Source: Octopus sinensis (taxonomy: Eukaryota). Taken from it: a DNA stretch of 64,000 nt. Positions 13,011 through 24,799 of the stretch are shown one piece after another. Under the pieces are notes generated by a model that saw only the letters and a list, made by a program, of their open reading frames with translations, searched no databases and was not told the origin of the DNA. Made by a program: the position numbers and the translations under genes. The stretch spans positions 26,474,001 through 26,538,000 of the forward strand of contig NC_043020.1 in assembly GCF_006345805.1 (NCBI RefSeq). Reading direction: 5' to 3'. Numbering within the stretch: position 1 is the first letter of the stretch; every line of letters starts with the position of its first letter.

Positions 13011-13687
13011 CATATTTATGTCTACTTTCCATGTTGGCTTGGGTCAGATGAGTTGCTACAATTGGAGTCAGTTCCTATTTCAGGTTGCTCTCCTCCAAGA
13101 TGGGTCAGCTCCACCTTTCTCTCCCATGCTTCATTTCAGCATAGTTTTTATGGTTTCATGCTTTTTCTAATCCTAACCCCCCCCCCCTTACCAATATCTG
13201 CTCGGTATATATCCGAGTGTATATATGTATGTATGCATGAGTGTGTATGTGTGTTTTGTTTTGTTCTGGAGAAGGTCGTAAATGTAGGCGAAAAGAAATA
13301 ACAAAGCTAATGAAAATATATGTAAAAATTTGAAAAGAAAAACAAGAACTTCTTTTTAGATTTAGTTAACCAAGTTGCAGACAATCCCATAACAGTCTTG
13401 CTACCATCAGAACTGCAGTGAACCAATGATTGGTTTACAGAGAAAACCTCTAAACCAGCAAAAGTTATTGTTTGGATATTGCTACACACACACACATACA
13501 CATGTATGTGTGTGTGTGTATAAAATATATGTGTATGTGTGTGTACATGTATGTATGTATATATATATGAATGTATATACACACTATATATATACATGTA
13601 TATATATATATATATGAATGTATATATACATGTATGAATGTATATATACATGTATGTATGTATATATATATTTGCATGTAGGTATAT

Positions 13688-13718
<31 letters not shown>

Positions 13719-13891
13719 AGTATATATATATATATATATACACACACATGTATGTATGTATATATATATGTAAGTATGTATGTATATATATATCAATTTA
13801 TATGTGTATATATATATAATCTAAATAAATAAAATGACACGTATCTACAAATTGCTAAAGTATGATTATGTTTGTGCGGTGTGTGTATATA

Positions 13892-13924
<33 letters not shown>

Positions 13925-14825
13925 ATATGCATATGAATATGCAGGAGTATGAGAGAGAGGTAGAGAGGAGTGTTACTGTGGTTTCTCATTCCCACTTCAC
14001 CCCCTCCTGGGACAGTAGATATAGATATATAGTAAGAACTGAGAAGAAGGATCAATCGATCCTAAGATGATTAAACACACCTACCCCCACCCCACTACCA
14101 CTACCTCTACCTTCCCCCCTTCTCTTTCCTCTTCTTTCACTTCCTTTCTTCCTTCTTTCTATATCCAACGCCCCCCCCCCTTCACCCAGTTTCCCATCGG
14201 ATCATCAGTCTGTTCTCCTGTTTTGTTTTGTGTGTGTGTTTTTGTTGTTGTTTGTTTGTTTTATATTTGCAATGCATTCTGGGATTGTCCATTCCAATAC
14301 TCTGCCCGCGCGCACACACTACACACAACGCACACAAACTTACACGCACACACACACACACACACTTACACGCACACACACATGCACACACACATACACG
14401 CACACACATACACGTACACACACACACACACGGCTGGCTAACGCTAACCCTAACCCTTATTCCTCTAGTCGTTTCCGTCCCATGGCCACCCCCCACCCCC
14501 CACGTCCTCCATCTAAATCTATTGATTATCATTGATAAGAAGGAAGGATCAACAAACACTGCTGCACCCCCCCCCTGCTTCCCCCAATCCACTCTACCCC
14601 CCCCCCCCCCCGACCCCCCCCGACCTCACCACTGTCCAACTCTCCCTTGCTGACTGCCTTGCTGCCTGTCCAGCTCTCCTCTATGGCTGCCATGCCTCCC
14701 CCTACCCCCTTACCCCCCACCCCACCTCGTCGTCCTTCCACCATGCCACCCTCCCCGGGCAATCCACCCCACCCACCCATAATAAACGATTGCCAAATTT
14801 CTGTGTTCACGCCTGCCTTCCTATT

Positions 14826-15630
14826 CTGCCATGGTTATATGCATCTCTTCCTCTTCTTCTTCTTCCCCTTCCTCTTCTTCTCCTTCCTCTCCTTCTTCTT
14901 CTCCTTCCTCTCCTTCTTCTTCTTCTTCTTCTTCTTCCTTTTCTTCTTCTTCTTCTTCTTCTCCTTCCTCTCCTTCTTCTTCTTCCTTTTCTTCTTCTTC
15001 TTCTTCTTCTTCTTCCCCTTCTTCCTTTTCTTCTTCTTCTTCTTCTTCTTCTTCTTCTTCTATTTGTTATTCTTACTGCTCTTGTTGTCATGATGAGTGT
15101 TTTCCTTAATTCGATGTTTCCCTCCCACCAATTTAGGATCATCCTCATCATCTTTATCTCTCTCTGTCTCTCTCTTCATTTTTATATCTAAACATCTTTC
15201 CCTCTCTACATCAATATCTTTCTCTTCTTCCTCTGTCTGTCTGTCTCTTTCTCTCTCCCTCTCTATATCTGTGTTTCTCTTCTCTCTCTCTATATATATA
15301 TATATATGTCTTTCTCTTCTCTCTCCCTCTCTCTATCTGTCTTTTATCTTCCCTCTCTCTCTCCTCTCTCCTCTATATCTGTCTTTCTCTTCCTCTCTTT
15401 CTCTCGTCCTCTCTCTATCTGTCTTTTTCGTCTTCCTCTCCTGGAGGGGAAGAGCGGAAGAAAAGAAAGACAGATATAGAGAGGGAGAGAGAAAGAGACA
15501 GACAGAGAGATAGAAGAAGAGAAAGACATGCAGATATGTCTGTCTTTCTCTCTCCCTCTCTCCTCTTCTTCCTCTCCCTCGCTCCCTCCCTCTCTATGTC
15601 TTTCTCTTCTTCCTCTCCCCCTCTGCTTAG
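14826..15630. repeat. (CTT)n and (CT)n pyrimidine tracts
   Basis: Direct reading; source of the poly-F/S/R ORFs. Confidence 0.95.
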
Positions 15631-16967
15631 TCCCATTCATAGATGTGCATCTCTGTGAGTGTGAGGGAGCTTGGATATTATTGTGTTTAGGTGTTGTTTT
15701 TCCTATCTCTAATCATTTATATTTCTTTAGTCACTTAAGTTAGATATGTGTGTGTATGTATATATATATATGTTTCTGTGTATGTGTGTATCTATATATG
15801 AATGTGTGTATGTATATATATATATGTTTCTGTGTATGTGTGTATCTATATATGAATGTGTGTATGTATATATATATGTGTGTGTATAGATGTGTGTGTC
15901 TCTGTATACATGTGAATATATGTATAGATGTGTATGTATGTATATGTGTTTATATATGTCTTATGTATGTACATTTACATGTAAGTATATATGTATATGA
16001 ATATACATATATACTTACATATATATATGTATAGGCATGTGTGTATGATGAAAATATGTGTATACATACATATATATATATGTGTGTGTGTATATATATA
16101 TACACACACACACACACACATGTTTAGAGTCTGTATACAACAATATATATATACCCTAAAAATAAAGTTGCTAGTGTTTAGTGGTTGTATTGATTAAATA
16201 TATCAACAGTGGTAGTAGTAACCACAGCAATAATAATATTAATGGTAGTAGTAGTAGTAGTAGTAGCAGCAGCAGCAGAATTAGTGATATTAGTAAGGGT
16301 GGTGGTGGTGGTAGTGGTGATGGTTAGTAGCTGTGTCAGCAATATTTGAATTAATAATAGTGGTGGTGGTGGTGGTGGTGAGTGTGGTAACTATATTACA
16401 GCGCAAGGCATTGTGTTCTGGTCCTTTGGCAATTCCTTTAATCCATCACCATGGTCACGGTTCTTTTGGTTCCGAGTTCAAATCCTGCCAACTTTATCTT
16501 GTTTTTTTTTTTTTCATATTTTTTCAGCCTCTCAGGATTTGATAAAATAAAGTACCAGTCACCTATTGGGAGCCCAGTATGATCAAATATGTCTTCCCCC
16601 ACCCTGACACACATACACAAATTGAGACGTTGCTCATAACCAGTTGGTGCTTAACACTAGGCCAATTTGATCTGGCAGATGTCATGAACGACATTCCAAT
16701 TGTGACAATCCTGTGTGTGTGTCCAGACTATATTATGTAATGTGTACTGTGCTTCTGTTTTTTTTATATTTTCATTGTAGATTGTAGTGTGCAATCTGAG
16801 GGAGATTTGGCTGCTATTTCTGGCAGCTAGTACTCTGCATATAGAGACTTCCTAGTTGACTCATAACAGTTATGTTTTTTTATCATGAGTTGTGATGATG
16901 ATGATGTCGTGGTGTAGGGGAGCAAACGCACACAGAAAGATACACGCACATACATGCACACACACAC

Positions 16968-17128
16968 ACGACGGGCTTCTTTCAGTTTCCGTCTACCAGA
17001 TCCACTCACAAGGCTTTGGTCGGCCCAAGGCTATAGTAGAAGACACTTGCCCAAGATGCCACGCAGGGGGACTGAACCTGGAACCACGTGGTTGTGAAGC
17101 AAACAGTCTTACAACACAGCCATGCCTG
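16968..17128 (-). mobile_element. SINE family A, 5' half
   Basis: Reverse complement of the head and CORE-like block. Confidence 0.8.
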
Positions 17129-17204
17129 TGCTTATGGAGAGAAAGTATTGCTCATGGCAGCATTGGCATATATATATAAACATATATGATAATAATAATA
17201 ACAA

Positions 17205-17592
17205 TAGTCCTTTCTACTATAGGCATAAGGCCTGCAATTTGGGGGAGGGATAGTCGATTTCATTTACCCCAGTGTATAACTGATACTTATTTCATCGAGG
17301 ACAAAAGGCAAAGTCAACCTCGGCGGAAATTGAACTCAGAACATAGTGATGAGAAATACCTGTTTCTTTACTACCCACAAGGGGCTAAACACAGAGAGGA
17401 CAAACAAGGACTGACAAACGGATTAAGTCGATTATATCGACCCCAGTGCATAACTGGTACTTAATTTATCGACCCCAAAAGGATGAAAGGCAAAGTCGAC
17501 CTCGGCGGAATTTGAACTCAGAACGTAACGACAGACGAAATACGGCTACGCATTTCGCCTGGCATGCTAATGGTTCTGCCAGCTCGCCGCCT
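17205..17592 (-). mobile_element. SINE family C, dimeric form
   Basis: tRNA head (TGGCAGAACC...GTTCAAATTCC), Deu/Nin-like domain and tail, followed by a second body. Confidence 0.85.
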
Positions 17593-17989
17593 TAATAATA
17601 ATAGTAATAATAACAACAACAACAATACTGATGATGATGATTTCTATCAAAGGCAGAAGGCCTGAAATCTTTTTAGCAGCGGGGCCAGTCGTATACATCG
17701 ACCCTGTTGTTCAACTGGTACTTATTTTATTGACCCCACAAAAGGATAAAAATCAAAGTCGACCTCGACGGAACTGGAACCCAGAAAATAAAATACCAAA
17801 AATCAAATACCCCAAGACAATTAATTTGTCTGACCATTTAATGATTCTGTCATTAATAATAAAATATTCAATCCATTTTGCTTCATTGGTTTCTCTGATA
17901 ATAATAATTAATTATAATAATAATTAATTATTAAATATATTTCAGATTTCATGAAATTCTTCTAGAAATTATTTCAAAATTTATCTTTT

Positions 17990-18053
17990 ATTAATTTGTT
18001 GTTGTTTTTCTTATGTTCTCTCTGTTTCTCTTTCTTTCTTTCTTTCTTTCTCA

Positions 18054-18091
<38 letters not shown>

Positions 18092-18922
18092 ACAGTATTA
18101 TTGTCACACCCTCTCCCCCCTCTCTTTATATATGTATGTAATAAATTGATTTTTTTTCTCTATGTATGTTCTTTTTTCTCTCTCTCTTTCTCTCTCATTG
18201 TCTCTCTCTCTTTCTCTTCTCTCTATCTATGTCTCTCTTCTCTCTCATTGTATCTCTATATTTCTATCTAATGGTATATCTCTTTCTCTCTCATTGTCTC
18301 TCTATCATCTCTCTCATTGTATCTCTCTATTTCTATCTAATGTCTATCTCTCTTTATCTCATTGTCTTTCTATTTCTTCTCAGGTTGTTCTATCTATTTA
18401 TATCTAATTGTCTATCTCTTTCTATCTCATTGTATATCTTCTATTTCTTAAGTCATTGTCTATATCTCTTTCTCTCTCATGTATATTCTCTTTATATATA
18501 AGGTATTCTTTTCTATCATTGTGTCTATATATTTATATTCATTGTCTCTCTCTTCTATCTTCATTGTATCTCTATGTTATCTACATTGTCTATCTCTCTT
18601 TCTATCTCATTGTCTCTATCTTTCTCTCTCATTGTCTCTATCTTATCTAAGTGTCTCTCTATTTTATCTTCATTGTATCTCTCTTTTCTCTCTAATGTCT
18701 ATCTTCTTTCTCTCTCATTGTCTCTCTCTCTTTCTCTCTCATTGTCTCTCTCTCTTTCTCTCTCATTGTCTCTCTCTCTTTCTCTCTCATTGTCTTTCTC
18801 CTTCTCTCATTGTCTCTCTCTTTCTCTCTCATTGTCTCTCTCTTTCTCTCTCATTGTCTTTCTCTTTCTCTCAGTGTCTCTCTCTTTCTCTCTCATTGTC
18901 TCTCTCTCATTCTCTCTCTCAT

Positions 18923-18955
<33 letters not shown>

Positions 18956-19410
18956 TTGTCTCTCTCTCTTTCTCTCTCATTGTCTCTCTCTCTTTCTCTC
19001 TCATGTCTCTCTCTTTCTCTCATTTCTCTCTCTTTCTCTCAGTCTCTCTCTCTTTCTCTCTCATTGCCTCTCTCTCTCTCTCTCTCTCTCATTGTCTCTC
19101 TCTCTCTCTCATTATCTCTCTCTGCCTCTCTCTTTCTCATGTGTATATATGTTTGCATGTGTGTATATGTCTGTGTGTCTCATCCTCATTCTGTCTTATT
19201 TCATGTAAATTATTTTTTGTTCTTATCTTCTCTCTTCTGCTCTTTCTGTTTCCACCCACCCATCCATCCATCCAATTATCTACTTCTCTCTCTCTTTCCC
19301 TCTATCCATCTGTCTCTATCTCTATCTCTCTATTCCCATTTCCCTTCTCTCACCATATGTCTACCACATTCCTCCCTCAACCACCTCTCTCTCTCTCTCT
19401 CTCTTATTTT
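17990..19410. repeat. CT-rich satellite, core unit TCTCTCTCATTG / TTTCTCTCTCATTGTCTC
   Basis: Direct reading; about 1.4 kb of pyrimidine-rich + strand. Confidence 0.9.
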
Positions 19411-19424
19411 TTAAACATTTTCCT

Positions 19425-19460
19425 CTAACAATATTCCTTTTTCTCTTTTCACAGGTAAGT
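19425..19460 (+). other. Candidate recursive splice site (branch point, pyrimidine tract, CAG|GTAAGT)
   Basis: CTAAC 19425-19429, ATATTCCTTTTTCTCTTTTCA, CAG 19452-19454, GTAAGT 19455-19460; no AG between 19043 and 19452. Confidence 0.65.
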
Positions 19461-19517
19461 CAATTCAGACGGTTTATCCTTTTACCTTTACATCCTTAAA
19501 TCACTCAGTAAAAGCTG
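19455..19517 (+). other. Candidate 63-nt cryptic RS-exon ending at a second donor CTG|GTAAGT
   Basis: Second GTAAGT at 19518-19523; two frames have stops, one is open (KSIQTVYPFTFTSLNHSVKA). Confidence 0.5.
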
Positions 19518-20032
19518 GTAAGTCATGTTTCAACCTAACCTTAAGATTTTAAACAGCTAGGTTTCATGTAAGGGCCCTAATCAACCCTTGCTCAGTACCA
19601 TACATGAAACCCCATAACATCTACACCAGTGTCTGTAAAGGAACCTATATAAATACCTACCCAGATATCTAATACACACCTGTATAGATTTACCTGTTAC
19701 AAAAAAAAATACTCTATGATGGAGTTGTGTTTTGGTGTGTTTTCAAGAAAGTTTGTATTGGATTAGTATCGTTATATGCTGACCTCATACTGGCCTAACA
19801 AGGTTCCCCTACTTACCTGATCTCTTGATGGCAATGTCCCACCTATGTACATATCTGTCTCATATGTTTTAGCTAATGAGGTTCACCTACATATTTACTT
19901 TACTTTCCTGTCTACCTTACTTATCTATTTACCTATTACTTACGTACTCCAGCTAACGACCTAACGAAGTTCTCCTGTGGACCATCTACCTTAACATTTC
20001 TGTTTAGCTAACGAGACATCTGATTACTATAG

Positions 20033-20270
20033 GTATTTATTTCTTTATTGCCTACAAGGGGCTAAACATAGAGAGGACAAACAAGGACAGATAAACAGAT
20101 TAATTCGATTACATCGACCCCAGTGCGTAACTGGTACTTATTTAATCGACCCCGAAAGGATGAAAGGCAAAGTCGACCTCAGCAGAATTTGAACTCAGAA
20201 AGTAACGGTAGACGAAATACCACAAAGCATTTCACCCGGCGCGCTAACGTTTCTGCCAGCTCCCCGCCTG
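20033..20270 (-). mobile_element. SINE family C, monomer with AATAAA tail
   Basis: Complete head, domain and tail on the reverse strand. Confidence 0.9.
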
Positions 20271-20284
20271 TTATACTATAGGTT

Positions 20285-20610
20285 TCTGTTGGTGATTGGT
20301 TGTTTGGTGGTGATTGTCTGATGGTGATTGGTTGATTGACGATTGTCTGTATGTTTGATGGTGATTGCTTGATTGTTTGAATACTTAATTATGATTGTTT
20401 GCTGATTATTCAGACATTTGATAGTGATTGTTTGAAACAAGTTGATGGTGATTGCTTAAATATTTGGTGACTGTTTAGATGTTTGACAGTGATTGTTTGA
20501 TGATGATTGGTTGATTGGTTTGTATAGGGATGACTATTTGGCTGTTTGCATGTCTTACGCTGATTGCTAAGTTACTTGATTGCTTAGTAATTTGACAATG
20601 ATTGCTTGTC
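20285..20610. repeat. Degenerate GTGATTGTTTGATG minisatellite
   Basis: Repeated GATTG/GTTTGA motifs with a period of about 12-16 bp. Confidence 0.7.
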
Positions 20611-20754
20611 AAACCAAGCATAGAACAAACATCTCTTTACTCATTCAAGCATCCCACCAAATTCCCCCTTAGGATATAGTTTAGAAAGTGGAATAAGCTT
20701 TTGCAAAAATGGTTCTTTCTATGATGCCCCAATGACCAAGTGTATTTTATGAGT

Positions 20755-20985
20755 TTAACCCTTTCAATACCAATCTGGCCGAAGCCACCTCTGGCTCTGT
20801 AGTACAAATGTCATGTTTCCATAAGTTTTGAATTAAAATCTTCCACCAAAGCTTTGTCACAATTTATGTTCTTAACACTAGCTTTAATGATAACTAAGTT
20901 ATTTTACTAAATTCTTCGTTATATTCAAAATTAATTGAAAGAAGCACAGAGCATCTCAACAAAAATATGGTAACAAAAGGGTTAA
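20755..20985. mobile_element. piggyBac-like MITE, third copy
   Basis: TTAA-CCCTTTCAATACC...GGTAACAAAAGGG-TTAA. Confidence 0.85.
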
Positions 20986-21179
20986 GAACCAGAGTTTCTT
21001 GGGACTTAGAAAAGCTTTATATTACACAGAATGTATGAAACAAGGACCAGCTAAAACTCTGAAAACAAGTATGGGCCCTTAAAGGAAATTTATGAGAAAA
21101 CCTTGGTCAGGTGAAGGAGAACCAAGGATGTCGGTATTAAGTCTGTCCCCTAAAACATGGAATGGTCTTTCTTATGAAT

Positions 21180-21705
21180 TTAACTAAGCCATTTTACTAA
21201 ATTCTTTGTTATATTTAAAATTAATTGAAAGAAACACAGAGCATCTCAAAATAAATACGGCAATGAAAGGGTAAAGCAACAGTTACATAAATATCTAAAT
21301 ATATATCTTAACCCCATAATCAACACATTGAGGTTTTCAGCCCTTATTCCGCTGGTAGCTTGCGTTTCCCTTTTATCAAAGCTATCGATTCTGGCTCTGT
21401 TGTACAAATGTCTTGTTTTCATAAGTTTTCAATTAAAATCTTCCACCAAACCTTTGTCACAATTTATGTTCCTAGCACTGGCTTTAATGATAACTAAGTT
21501 ATTTTACTAAATTCTTTGTTATATTTAAAATAATTGAAACAAACACAGAGCATCTCAAAAATCTCAAAATAAATACGGCAACGAAAGGGTTAAGTAACAA
21601 TTACATAAATATCTAAATATATATCTTAACCCCATAATCAACTCATTGAGCATTGCAGCCCTTATTCCGCTGGTAGCTTGCGCTTCCCTTTTATCAAAGC
21701 TATCC
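21180..21705. repeat. Local duplication of a MITE right half plus about 110 bp of flank
   Basis: 21184-21387 resembles 21494-21704, including the non-MITE flank CATAAATATCTAAAT...TTATCAAAGCTATC. Confidence 0.8.
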
Positions 21706-22619
21706 ACAACCACATTAATTTTAAATACGCACAAAGGCCTTGTTTTGAATCTTAATTAGATTTTATACGAGGCCCAAGGCTAATTTTCATTAGTGAAGAG
21801 GATGAAGAGTTTATTTAATGATACATTACTGTTTTATTGGTCTTTATTCCGACAAGGAGGATCAAAAGCTTATTTGAATATCCAGTGAGATTTTTTTTTT
21901 TAATTAAGCGTTCAAAATAAGGAAACTAATTGCATTTTAACTCTTAACGAGTGTATTACCATTTCTCCCATGTGACTAATTTCTCTCTGAGCGTAATAAC
22001 GAATTAATTAATAATATATCATCGTCACCATCTTCTTCATCATCGTCATCATCATCATCACTATAATTTAATGTCCATCTTGCATGCAGGCATGGGTTGG
22101 ACAATTTCACAGGAACTGGCAAGACTGGAGAGCTGCACCAGACTCTAATTGTCTGCTTTGGCATGGTTTCTATGGCTGGATGCCCTTTCTAATACCAACC
22201 ACTTTACAGAATGTGATTTTATATGTTGTGTCTGTGTATATGTGTGTGTGTATATATCTATGTCTGTCTGTCTGTCTATCTATATACCGTAACTCCTCGA
22301 ATATAGTCCGCCCTTGAGTATAATAAGCAGGGGATTTTTTAGGGGGCTGTACCTTTGAAAAACCTAAACCTTGTGTAGAATATGGACCCCTTCTTTAACT
22401 TGAGTCAAGGAGGTCTATATAATGTCCTTGGTTTGTAAAACTGTATACAGTAACATCCTTTATTATTATGGTATATATAACATAATGCAAACTAACACAT
22501 TAAGCAATGTACAATTCAGAGTAAATCTAAAACTTCAGTTCAAGAAATCCTGTCAGACTGATCCCTTTTTTTCTGCCCCCAAGGTGATTGTACACAAATA
22601 TATATATTAAAACATACAG

Positions 22620-22997
22620 TTACTCTTTTACTTGTTTCAGTCATTTGACTGTGGCCATGCTGGAGCACCGCCTTTAGCCAAGCAAATCAACCCCAGTACT
22701 TATTCTTTGGAAGCCTAGTACTTATTCTATCGGTCCCTCTTTTGCTGAACTGCATAAGTTGTCAAGCGATGTTGGGGGCGGACAAACACAGACACACAAA
22801 CATATACACACATACATATATATATGCACATATACGACGGGCTTCTTTCAGTTTCCATCTACCAAATCCACTCACAAGATTTTGGTCGGCCCGAGGCTAT
22901 AGTAGAAGACACATGCCCAAGGTGCCACGCAGTGGAACTGAACTCAGAACCATGTGGTTGGTAAGCGAGCTACTTACCACACAGCCACTCCTGCGCC
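22620..22997 (-). mobile_element. SINE family A, near full length
   Basis: Reverse complement of the family consensus; an older copy follows at 23200-23545. Confidence 0.9.
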
Positions 22998-24412
22998 TAA
23001 AGAATAAAGATATTGTGAGTCAGTCAGAGTCGATATGGTTTTCCTGACTCTGACTCCCCCTTAATAGTTTCCAATTCCAAATCCATGACTCCACAGCTAT
23101 GGTGGTGGGGTTGACAAAATTTGCAGGGGTCAATAATATTCGGAGGGTTCAGGAGACGAGCTGGCAGGATCGCGAGGAAGCTGGGCAAAATGTTTTCTTT
23201 TATTCTTTTACCTGTTTGTCATTTGACTGCGGCCATGCTGGAGCACTGCTTAAAATTTTTTTTTTTTTTTTTTGGTCGAAGAAATCGACCCCAGGACTTT
23301 TTCTTTGTAAGCCTGGGACTTATTTTATCAGTCTCTTTGCCGAACTGTTCATTCATGGGGACATAAGCGTACGAACACCGGTTGCCAAGCAATGGTGGTG
23401 ATGGGGGGGGGGGTGACAAACACATACAACCACATACACATAAACATAGTAGAAAACGCTTGCCCTAGTTGCGATGCAGTGGGACTGAACCCGGAACCAT
23501 GTGGTCGGGAAGCAAATTTCTCACCACACAGCTACGCCCGTGCCTCCCCACACCTAATGGCCCGTCATGTTTAAAATCAATATTTCAAATACCATAATTT
23601 TAAATTAAAAACCAGCACAAAGCAAAAAAGAAAAAAATTATTTTTCAAGGGAGGCAACTATGGGAGACCTTCTAATCTGGTTTGCCTCCCTTAGTTTTTC
23701 CCCGCCTATTTCGTTAAATTAACAAAGAAATCCATTTCACTGAGAAATTCTTCAAGAAACTCGAAATAGCATCAAGTTAAAATAAAATAATGGTATTCTC
23801 CAAGAGAGGAATTTAATTAGGTTATATAACGCTATTTAGAGTTTATTCCACACCCATCGCATTTACCATTATTATGGAAAGTCTGCTGACTTTTAAGGTT
23901 TTTTCCCGCCAATTTACCAAAAATAACCGAAATCTTTTCAAAAGACTTGGGCGTAACGTAGCTTATTAAGCGATTCTGCAGACTTATCAACAAAGGTTTA
24001 ATAATTATGATCATCCTGCTTTTTTAAGATTATCTATTTCAGTTATATAATATAATCTATACAGGGAGGAATTGTTTATCGTGTTCAACTCGTTTTTGTT
24101 GTTGTTGTTGTTGTGATGGCAAGAGGGTAGGGTTTGACGAAAAAATTGGCTGCTATTTCTAGCGGAGCGAGTTCACGCGAACTCATTTGAAGGGTTACAT
24201 AGAAAGAGTCGTCTGTCTGTCTGTCTATCTATCCATCCATCCATCCATCTATCCGTCTTAGTACATGTATGTGTGTGTATTTAGATATGTATGTGTACAC
24301 ACACACACACATATATATAGTTGTATAATATGCTTGCACACACACACGTATATATGTATATATGTGTGTGTGTGTGTATGTATATTCATATCTATACACA
24401 CACAATTATGCA

Positions 24413-24475
<63 letters not shown>

Positions 24476-24506
24476 GAACATGTATACATGTGTGTGTGTG
24501 TGTATG

Positions 24507-24540
<34 letters not shown>

Positions 24541-24799
24541 TATATATGAACATGTATACGTGTGTGTGTGTATGTGTGTATATATGTATATATACACACA
24601 TATATGAACATGTATACATGTGTGTGTGTGTATGTGTATATATATATATATATATATACACACACATACACACTCACATACATACATACATATACACACA
24701 TGCATCAGTCAGCTGAGAGATAATAACATTTATAATATTAAGATTATATATATATGTGTATATATATATATGTGTGTGTGTGTGTGTATACATGTATAT

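Noticed and set aside
13360-13425. + strand [20 protein letters not shown] after TTCTTTTTAG
   Set aside because: Short pyrimidine tract preceded by purines; no supporting context.
14439-14460. CTAACGCTAACCCTAACCCT telomere-like repeat
   Set aside because: Only 2-3 degenerate units.
19810-19830. U1 snRNA-like 5' sequence TACTTACCTG as a U1 gene or pseudogene
   Set aside because: Similarity stops after 10 nt; no stem-loop or Sm site.
22283-22330. TACCGTAACTCCTCGAATATAGTCCGC pogo-like TIR, and a hAT-like right end GTTGGGAACCACTG at 26701-26714
   Set aside because: The partner TIR could not be found for either; too weak to delimit.
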